From Amphiscolops sp. MND2022 (lineage: Eukaryota): a stretch of DNA of 64,000 nt. The position numbers and the translations under genes are program-made. The notes below the pieces were generated by a model. The model was not told where the DNA came from and did not search any database. It was given only the letters and a program-made list of their open reading frames with translations. The stretch covers positions 4,712,001 to 4,776,000 of the forward strand of contig OZ076418.1 in the NCBI GenBank assembly GCA_964187785.1, written 5' to 3'. Shown in pieces: positions 39,531 to 48,960 of this stretch. Position 1 is the stretch's first letter. Every line of letters starts with the position of its first letter.

Positions 39531-39653
39531 ATGAGCTTCAGCTTACGTGAGCAAATCATTAGACAAGTCTGGATCAGGAACATCCTCCCACAACTACACC
39601 CTCAGGTATCTAGAAATCAACTTCCTCAAAACTTAACCCGAAAACGACAATAA
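39531..39653 (+). CDS. Accessory micro-ORF, 40 aa, basic C-terminus
   Basis: MSFSLREQIIRQVWIRNILPQLHPQVSRNQLPQNLTRKRQ, packed tightly between c2 and c3. Confidence 0.35.
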   Translation: MSFSLREQIIRQVWIRNILPQLHPQVSRNQLPQNLTRKRQ

Positions 39654-39661
39654 ATCAACAA

Positions 39662-40060
39662 ATGTTCATTCACAATCTCTGGGAAGAAGACGCAATTGAG
39701 ACAGTTAAACTAAAACTTCCAGTATCGATATACAGTTTAATCGACCCCATCAAAAGCCCTGAACTACTAATCATTAAAGAATTGCAGTGGTCATACCGAT
39801 ACCAGTTCTGGCTGACAGCTAGAGGCTATACAGTATTAAAACCAAAAACTAAAGTCTCCATAAGAGTAGAAGAGAAAACGAAATTCTTTGCCGAATTAGC
39901 CATTGCTTTATCAACCTATATTGACAGTCCTGAAACGAACATACAACCCTTCGACCTACCACTCCTAGACGAATTGTCTTCTTTTATGGAAACAGGACTG
40001 GGTTCCTTCGAAGAATTCTACACTGCTAAAATAAAAGAAATCCTCAGCTTGCAAAAATAA
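39662..40060 (+). CDS. Accessory ORF c3, 132 aa (diverged paralogue 3)
   Basis: ETVKLKLP...LIIKELQWS...ELAIALSTYIDSPETNIQPFDLPLLDEL parallels the c1/c2 pattern; AATAAA follows at ~40114. Confidence 0.65.
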   Translation: MFIHNLWEEDAIETVKLKLPVSIYSLIDPIKSPELLIIKELQWSYRYQFWLTARGYTVLKPKTKVSIRVEEKTKFFAELAIALSTYIDSPETNIQPFDLPLLDELSSFMETGLGSFEEFYTAKIKEILSLQK

Positions 40061-40146
40061 ATCTGTTCTCTGCTTTTTATTATTTTCCCCTTTAATACTG
40101 TGTACTGTGATTAAATAAACTTTTACTCAACTACTTCTTTTCAGGT

Positions 40147-40874
40147 GCAAGACACGGTAACGATCTTAGTATCAAACTCTGCCGTGTATTAATAACTCCC
40201 TGCTCTCATTTTTCATCGATCTAAAATAGATCACGTTTCTCTAGCAGGAAGGCACGGGTTCTGGACGTGCGTATTCAATTTTATCCTTGCAAGAAGACGC
40301 GGTAACGATATCTGTATCAATCTCTGCCGTGTATAAATAACTCCGTTGCATAGCTCAACGAAGATACGGTGTATTGACGTATATTACAATTTTTGTCACA
40401 AAGTTTGACAAAGACACGGTAACGATCAAACGACGGTTTGCATCAAACTCTGCCGTGTATAAATAACTCCCTGCCTTTATTCTTTTCATTGATCTAAACT
40501 GGCCATTTAGAGCATTTTTTCTTTGGTAGGAAGACACGGGTTTTGGACGTGTAGCCTTGCCTTTACTTAACTTTTTTTAACTCTCTCTTTCTCAGGCAAG
40601 AAGAGACGGTAACGATCTTAGTATCAATCTCTACCGTCTATAAATAACTCCCTGCTCCTATTTTCTTTTCTTCTTTGTCTCAAAGAGATCCTTTTTCTTT
40701 AGCAGGACGACACAGGTTTTTAGACGTGTGCTACATTACCTTGCAAGAAGAGACGGTAAAGACCTAAGTGTCAAACTCTGCCGTCTATAAATAACTCCTG
40801 GCTACTCCTCACTTTTGTCTGTTTCAAACAGAACACTTTTCTAAAGCGGGAAGACACGGTATCTAGACGTGTAT
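40147..40874 (+). ncRNA. Array of five covarying three-hairpin structured modules (unclassified cis-acting RNA candidate)
   Basis: Modules at ~40147, 40289, 40409, 40596 and 40743, with compensatory changes in all three stems. Confidence 0.65.
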
Positions 40875-41155
40875 TCAAAAGAGCCTTTCACGAAAAGGAC
40901 TATCATCCATTTGCTTTTGACTAAATTGTCAATTTTCAGCAGAATTCATTCTTGCTCTCTTTTCAGTTCAATTTGAACAAATCATCTGTATTGCCAAGTG
41001 CTACAGATTTCTCGCTGCTCTATTGAAAGCAAAGCGGCTCTTCTCATTGCTTCATCGAAAGCAAAACATTCTCTTCATTTCAAGGTTAGCAAGTCTACCT
41101 TTCTATTTCTAAACCGTTTATAGTATTTTCGGAGTACCGTTTTCATTAGTAGATA

Positions 41156-43289
41156 ATGGATAGTGAAAAGATATACTGTAAATATTTGGTTACTTTCATT
41201 TTGATACTTTCAATAAATCCCATCTACACCGACAAAAAGCAGCCTATACTGGATGATATCGCACCTACAGTCACAGTCTCACATTACGATTGCAGTGAAA
41301 TGTCAGAAAACAATCTCTACTCTCTCAACCAAGTCAAACCCTACAACGTGGCTCCTGAGAACATAGACATGAGCTATGCCAAAATCAAGATGTATACAAA
41401 ACATTTTCGAACAGAGATTAACGCTACCATATGCAGCGTCAAACATCAGAGAAACAGATTCTATTGTGGAATGCATGACCATTCCAGCATCGATATCAAA
41501 CAAAAGACAATTACCTCCTATCTCGATTTAACGCCTGCACAATGCAGACTTGCAGCTGAAGGATCACCAATAACTCTACTAAATCATCAAATTACAATGA
41601 AAAAAGGGATTATTGAACAACATCTTAGATGGAATGGCGACGCAGACGACACATTTAAAAATGAATGTGATGGCTTTGAGTGGATTGAAAAAGATACTTT
41701 CGAGACTCACATCCAAGACATTACTCTGAATGTCAAACTCTAAGATGGAACTATAATGAATAGAAATGGACAACCTCTACCCTGCAAACTAGACGAACTG
41801 GGATGTGACAGCACTTCACTTGACCCATATGCTTATGTGTGGGACAATCCAGACAATTGTATTCTTACCGTACTGAAAGAAGATTACGTAAACATGCTCA
41901 AAATTGACGATCAATACTATATTGTTAGCCGAAACGATTCAGAAAACAAATACCTCTTTGAAATCAAAAACAGACCACAAAAGTTTTGTAATAAACCGTC
42001 AGATGTATATCCTACAACTTATGAATCTTTGTTTGTTGCCATCCTTTATGGTGGATTCGACATGAAAACAGGACGAAATATGATTCAACAAGAAGACAAA
42101 GTCCACAAGATGGTCTATTCCCCTAATAACCAAGAAAGAGATGAACCAGGTCATAGCAAACTCTGGGTTGCCAGTAACCATCATTCAAACCCATATTTTG
42201 GAACATGGTTGAACGTGGACTACGAATTACAACAGGCAACTAAACTGGACTATCTTTTCTTTGAGAGCTCCAGAGCGCTCAAAGCCTCAGAACTTCATCT
42301 TTTAAAAAATCAGTGTGAACAAGAACGATCGCACATACTCACTATTCTAATGCTTTCACTTGAAAACTCAAGACTAGCTGGATATATGATAACTGGAAAC
42401 AGATCAATGTTCTTAGAAAATGATGGAAGCCTTTCATGGCTTTACTCTTGTCCTCTAGTCAGATACCCTCTTCATACGATGAACGGGTGCTACGATAAAA
42501 TACCCATCTTTTACAAAGGACAAATCAAATTTGTAGATCCCATCACAAGGCAAACTTTACCTGATGCAATGCCTCAGAAATGTTCGGATCACATAAAGAA
42601 CCTTTTTCAAATGGACATGGACGATAAGAACTCTTGGTTCTCACTAACACCACAGATCACACAGAGATAGACCTGCTATCTTTTCGCCAAAAGATGTAGC
42701 ACCATTCACAAGGGACAAGTTCCCTCAATCAATCAACGCTGGAATGTACACGAAAGGCCAGCTAACTGAATTTTGGGACAACATCCTCATGAGTTCTGCG
42801 TCGAAGAATGCCTTACAAAAGTTCACAAGAAAACTCATTGTCCCTTCACAATCAAAGAATGGACCTGGAGGATACACATACTAGGCACCCAAAATGGATT
42901 TCATTGTTGATAACATGATATCTCCTGGTTACTTCGAAAACAAATTTAGACAAACATTTGGCACAATTGGATATTGGCTAGAAAAATATTTTATTTGGTT
43001 TGCAGTTTTCCTTTTTATAAAATTTATTATTGATGTGACAGTAACTATCGTCAGAGCATTCGAGATACACCGACTTACTGGAGCATCTATTGGATTTGGT
43101 AAAATCCTACTCTCTGCAACTTACAATCTATTTATGGTTTCCATCTTTCATTCGATGTTCAACCCCACTACAAAAGATGTTCCAATGACAACATTCAGCA
43201 CTGACAACCAAGATGCCTCTGAACACATCTATCCTGTCATAAACCGTCTACCACCTACTAATCGTTTAGATACAATATCTCCTATTTAA
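41156..43289 (+). pseudogene. env: env-like glycoprotein resembling chuvirus (Jingchuvirales) G / class III fusion proteins; two stops and one frameshift
   Basis: Signal-peptide-like N-terminus; HYDCS...LYSLNQV; CSVKHQRNRFYCGMHDH; LTPAQCR; AGMYT..QL; C-terminal hydrophobic segments. TAA at 41741, frameshift at ~42663, TAG at 42882. Confidence 0.82.
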
Positions 43290-43314
43290 CTTTTGTACTC
43301 TGTTTTAGCAAAGA

Positions 43315-44772
43315 ATGACCGACCACACTTCTCTTTCATCAGATCTGGAACTTCTCTCAAAAGAAACTCTAACAGAGAAGGATATACTCGATTTTCCTAG
43401 GTTTGATATCACCTCAGGCGAATCTCCTATTCCTCAACAAACACTTAATCAAACTCTCTTAGAAGGCACTATTACTCCTCCAAACCGCCCTAATACATTT
43501 ATCTTTAACGGCAGTATTAAAAAGAAGAAAACTCAATATTCGTTGAGACAAGCACTTGGAAAACAAAAAAAAAGTGAAGAAGCCGCCGAAAATTATTCAA
43601 AAACGAGAAACCCCAGAATTCATTACAACCTCCACTATACACTTAGAGAAGACGTCAATCAGTGGAAAATTATTTTCTGGGATTCAAGGAGACAAGAATT
43701 TACTACTGAAAACACCGTTCTTAAGAACCAGAGACTATCAGTACCCCTCGGGCTATCTCTGCTTTCATTTGAAAACAAAATGAAAAAACAATTAATAGAA
43801 GAACTCAACCTTAGATTAGCCGCCATGGAAAATGAAATTACAACACTACAAAATCAAATAACAAATCTCAGCCAACCTACATACACCAACGACGACATCA
43901 CCCAGATGAAGATGCTTATTAGCAAGTTCCCAATTAGCAACCTCAAAAACGCACAATATCTGCATGCAACACAATTACAAGTTGCAAACCTTTCCGAACA
44001 ACTGGAACATGAAAGGAATCTACGAAGACAACAAGATAGAAATATTCAGCAACTTCAAACTAATATTCAAAACCTTCAGACTATCATTCACGAGAAGTTA
44101 ACTACAACACAATCAGTAGAACAACCTGTAAATACTCCTCTCTTTACCCCTCCTTCAACTGAACCCGAATCAACAGATGCTCAAAAACAACTTGCTGAAC
44201 TAAAACCCCCTAAAAGACTAACAATGGATCTTTATGATCGTATTCACAGCATTGATTGCGGAAGAAACAAAAAGCTAATCTGGAGAATTAGCTCCTCCAG
44301 CCTTATGTTTGATAGCGCAAAGGCTGCTGAACTAGAAAGGCAAAAAGGCGTCGACCCGCACCCCAAAATACCTTGTAGTTTTCACAGCCCTCCATTTCAC
44401 ACTTCAACTCACGGGTACCGCTTTGATATGAAATTTTATCCTTATGGATGTTCTCCTGCTACTGGAGAAAGCGCTTCACTAGTCATCAACATCCTTCCTG
44501 GCGAATTCGACCCAATCCTCTCTTGGCCTTTCAAACTAATCTTCCGAATTTATGTAATCAATTTGAGTGAGCCCAGTGATATCTGGACAAAAATAGTAGA
44601 TCCAAAAGACAACCAAAATTCAGCTTGTTTTATATGACCTTGTACAAGCTATGGGAACCCGAGCATATGCTTCCCCTTTCTGATCCCACAGAGCCAACTC
44701 TTCAAAAGCAACTCCCCATTCATTCTGAATGATACGATGTTCATCGAAGTCAACCTGGAAGAATCAGAATGA
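43315..44772 (+). pseudogene. Retroelement-encoded coiled-coil + TRAF-C (MATH) protein without RING, 485 codons with one internal TGA
   Basis: Coiled-coil heptads, then LIWRIS...FHSPPFHTSTHGYRFDMKFYPYG...GEFDPILSWPFK...F(R)P...FILNDTMFIEV, the TRAF-C signature. TGA at 44635 lies where the conserved FxRP arginine is expected. Confidence 0.88.
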
Positions 44773-44827
44773 ACAACAACCTGTGTACCCCCGTTACATT
44801 TTCTTCAATCTTGAAACCCGGGTGAGA

Positions 44828-45473
44828 TGTCGTGTGCGACATATGGCAAATAAAAAGAAAGAAACTTACCGTGAAAACTCAAAAAGAAATAAACTCAAAA
44901 CTTGTAATATGTAATTTCGTCTTTTGTAATTTGCGCAGTTTTATCTTTAATATTTTCTCGCTCAGCTCTGAATTTTGAACACGCTCGAACGTGTTCACTC
45001 CCTTGTTCAGCAAATTTAACTTATATTTTTGTCAAGCCTGCTTCCTAGTTGAAGTAATTCTGACTTAGACGATTTTCAACGCTGCTTCAAGTAAAGCAAA
45101 TTTAACTTATATTTTTGTCAAGCCTGCTTCCTAGCTGAAGCAATTTTGACTTGGACAATTTTCAACGCTGCTTCAAGTAAAGCAAATATAACTTATACTT
45201 TTGTCAAGCCTGCTTCCTAGTTGAGTAAAATTTTAAGTAGGAGAATAATTTCAATTTTCAGTCAAGAAAATAGAAGGAAAGTGAGCTAAGAGTTCACGAA
45301 TTAGACAATAATTGAGGCTTATAACTACCGAAATTCAAAGAGAAAAACTGAAAGAAGAAAAATCACTAATTTTGAATATTCTTAGAGAAGCTTTCGCTAA
45401 TTGGAAGAAAGATATAGATTCATCAATTTTCCTACCAACTTAACAAGCACCGTCACAAATTAAGCACTTCACT
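44828..45473 (+). repeat. 3' LTR with two internal deletions (646 bp)
   Basis: Matches 5' LTR segments ~24731-24914, the 86-bp repeats and ~26402-26648; the promoter block is missing. Confidence 0.9.
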
Positions 45474-45802
45474 TGTTTAAGTTGCAGGAGTTCATGACAG
45501 TTTGGAATGTCCTTATGATATTTTATATTCAGAATTTAAAGTCATATACCAATTTTTGAACTCGTTTTTATTATTCAACTTCATCAATGAAAAACTTATT
45601 TAAAACACGTGATTTGACTTTTATATTCGTGTGAACTAAAAGTAAATTCTATTAGATTTTTCGACTGAATCTCGATATAAGTTTTACCTTATTCGCAGAG
45701 TGGGCAAATCACCAAAGTTCTGAAAAAGACATTTGGAGAAGCTGATGACACGATATCATCAAAGTTAATGATCGCATTTTGGGGAGGTTGCCTAAATCGT
45801 GA

Positions 45803-46282
45803 CTCACTTCAAAATGGCACACTTCCACGTGGTCGTTCAAGGACACGTCGCTCGAACCGACTTGCTGGCCGTTTCTTTCTGATCCCTTGCCTTGTGACCA
45901 GCACAAAGATCGCAATCACGACTTTCAGAAATTTCTGATGTTTTTTGAAAATTCTCAGACAAAGACAAATTGGAGAAAAAAATTGCAAAATCTCCTTTTT
46001 TTGTGCAGTTGTTTGTTTCAGCCAAATTGTCCAAGTTTGTTTTAATTTTTGGAAATAAAAGCAAAAAAATTGCCTGAATGCGTGATCGTAGATAGACAAA
46101 ACTGCCCACTGGTGAATGTTATCTAAGTGCCTTTTCAGGGGGTTAATTAGATCGAGCACCACTGGACAGAGTGGACACTTATACGTTGGCCCAGGGTTTT
46201 GCATAGACTTTTGCGCAACGTTCACAATCCTGGAAGAAAATTTCGGAATTTGAATGGGTTCGCTTTCTACTGAAAACCCCAC
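45803..46282 (-). pseudogene. C2H2 zinc-finger coding remnant or exon with frameshifts
   Basis: YKCPLCPVVLDLINPLKRHLDNIH; a second broken finger (CDLC...LNDHVEVCH) ends at a GAA|GTGAGT donor-like site. Confidence 0.45.
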
Positions 46283-46612
46283 CGGAGACTATTTATATCT
46301 CCGAATTGGAAGTGATTTTCTTGTTTTCAATTATACTTCCAGTGAAAAAAGACATTTCAATAACTGAACATCTACAATATATGACGTTATGAAAACTTTC
46401 TGAAGTCAATTTTGGATCCTGAATCACCCCTCCCCCTTCAATGAGTGAATGTCATTGCGTTTTCCAAATTTTTTTTTATATCAGATCACTTTAAAAATAA
46501 TTCAAGCTTTTGAGCTCAGAATGATTTATAATGATAATAATTACAAGTTAGAACACAAACTCTTTTGAAATATATTATATGGCTGAAATAAAAATGGCGA
46601 AAATCAAAAATC

Positions 46613-47010
46613 ATTTTATGAGTGAACTAATCAAAGATGCGTTCTCAGCTTTCCATAAGCTTTGATTTGATGTATAATAATTGAAAACTTTGGAAAAATT
46701 GTATTTTTCATCATTTCGTATCCATATTTTTCGCGATTTTTCGATGATTTTCTCGACTATCAAAAACTATTTTATGAGCGAACCAATCAAAGATTCGTTC
46801 TCAGCGATTTGATAAATAATACTTGAAAACATTGGAAAAATTGCATTTTTCATCATTTCGAATCCATATTTTTGCGATTTTCCGATGATATTTTCGACTA
46901 TCTGAAAATATTTTATGAGCAAACCTATCAAAGATTCGTACTCAGCTTTCCATAAGCTTTGATTTGATATGTTATACCTGGAAACTTTGGAGAAAATTGT
47001 GTTTTTCATC
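46613..47010. repeat. ~150-bp diverged tandem repeat, ~2.7 copies
   Basis: TTTATGAG(C/T)GAAC(C/T)AATCAAAGAT... starts at ~46614, 46771 and 46912. Confidence 0.75.
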
Positions 47011-47888
47011 TTTTCAATCGCTATTTTTCACCAGTTTTAGTTGATTTTTTCGTTCACAGGAAATGATTTTTTGCGCGAACCAATCGAACTTCTTCATTCA
47101 AGTTTCCATAATATTTGATTTGATATATAATAATAAAAAACTTGAAAAGTTAGAATTTTCGTCAACTGATTTAATGGCGAAGTTTTTGTCCAAACTTTTA
47201 CTCAGTTCTGATTGGCTGAAAATCCTCAGAATGTTGCAGTTGCATCACTGAGTAAACATTTACCGCACGATTGTAGACAGTTTGGCACCACCAAAAAGTA
47301 GATGCGTGAACAAAACAAACTGAGGTCACTGATTGACAAGTCACATGCCATGAGTGATGCTTGATTTTGAAACACTTTGAACAGTTATCGGGATGTCGAA
47401 AGAATGTATTGAATAATTCGTGACTTGTTTTCCTTTAATTCACGAGGTTTAAAGTTTCCTAAGGATGTTTCGTTGTTTTTCTCTCAGAACATTCTCAAGA
47501 AAAAAAATTGTAAAAGATGTTTTTATTAACCTCCACACACAACTCGGTAATCATCAGCATGAATTGAACTAGTTGATTCGTTTTCAGAATTTATTCTTGA
47601 AAATTATTTTTCTAAAAGTAGTTCTATCTCAACTTGAACCTCAGAAATAATTTTTTTCGAAAAGTTTCCTTGAATCTTTTCTGTTGATTTCCCCCCACCG
47701 ATATACCCCCCCCGGTTATGTGGTCAAGTGAAATTATCATTGAATTAATAGTAGCAACCAATTGATTGCAGTATTTCATAACTCTAACTGAAACTGAAAC
47801 TCATCGATGATTTTGGGGGCAATTGAAATTTTCGCGCTTTCTGTGAGCGGGGGTTATAAAAATAAAATTTCGTTTATAACAAAGACTG

Positions 47889-47960
47889 AGTCCCTCCCGG
47901 GACTCGAACCTCGTCTGTTGAACTGATGGCCCAGTGACCTAACCACTATGCCACGAGACC
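47889..47960 (-). pseudogene. tRNA-derived sequence (tRNA pseudogene or SINE head)
   Basis: A-box TGGCATAGTGG and B-box GGTTCGAGTCC at tRNA spacing; acceptor and T stems pair poorly. Confidence 0.5.
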
Positions 47961-48960
47961 ATCTCTCGAGAATGAACAGGTTCTTTATATAACGATCATT
48001 CTTTCACTTCGTAAATGTTATGTGAGACGTAAAAGTTATGTGTTATGTTAAAATAGACTGACTTAAAAAATCAAGACACCATTCTTCTGCAACCGCTGGT
48101 GAAAATTTCTATATTAGGAGAAGAAAATCAAAAACACGCCTCGGTAACTGACAACGTACACGGCATTGTTTGGGAAGCCGGCAGTTACGATAACACATTC
48201 ATTTGCCATTTCTTCAACGCGCTCAAACTCAGACTTCCAAACAGTACTGTTTTTACAAAAGGTACCGAGAAGTGCACTGTCTTGAGAAATTTCTTCTTCA
48301 GTGTACCGAATTGGACACCCTTGGTTTTCCCAAAGCTTCTGTTTAGCTATAGTTCAACTGTTTTAGAGTCATCAATCGTCTTAAAAACTGAATCACTGTG
48401 CTCGAGAAAAAGTGATATTTTACAACTAGTTGTTCAATTACTTTCAAAATCCTATTATGAACGCACTCGATGCAATAGCCGAAGAGAACACCCTACAGGA
48501 AAGCCTATCATCGAATTGAAGCCTTTCAGTTACAACATTCTCGGCAGCAACACGTGACGCTGATGCCAGAATAAACTTAGTCAAAGATGAATTCAAGCAT
48601 TTATCCCCCACCGATGTTTTGTCAATCCAGGAAGGTTGAATTGAGTGGTGAACAAAACTGATCCTCGTCGTCCGAATCAAATTTTAGGATTTTTGCACAT
48701 TGTTGCAAACTTAATCTATATTCAGGTTCAATAGAATCATCATCAATATAATCTTCGGGTACCCTCTTCTTCATGGGAGCCTTGAGGAATCTTTCACTTG
48801 CTGAAAACTGTTGTTGGGGTGTTTCACGTATTTCAATGTTGAGCGCTCGGTCAACCGGGACCTCTTCATTTTTTCGTATCCTTTTTTCTCTTGGCACGAG
48901 GTTACTCAACAACGGCCAGAGGTTACTTCTGTATGATCGAGGAGTTTTGAACATTGATAC

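Larger units (their letters stand above)
24731..45473 (+). mobile_element. Giant env-bearing Ty3/Gypsy (Metaviridae, errantivirus-like) LTR retroelement, degenerate, with accessory genes
   Basis: LTRs TGTCGTGTGC...GCACTTCACA (3' copy ends ...CACT); TGTT duplication at 24727-24730 and 45474-45477; PBS; gag, PR-RT-RH-IN order; env-like ORF. Confidence 0.95.

Noticed and set aside
40147-40874. Modules as hammerhead, twister or hairpin ribozymes
   Set aside because: I found no CUGAnGA/GAAA core, no twister L4 (AAGCC) motif and no hairpin loop-B consensus on either strand, so they are left unclassified.
44635-44637. Programmed readthrough or selenocysteine at the in-frame stops of the TRAF and env ORFs
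   Set aside because: The TGA sits at a conserved Arg (CGA>TGA decay), and the element has many other random disablements.
47889-47960. Functional tRNA gene
   Set aside because: Acceptor, anticodon and T stems contain several mismatches; kept only as a tRNA-derived remnant.
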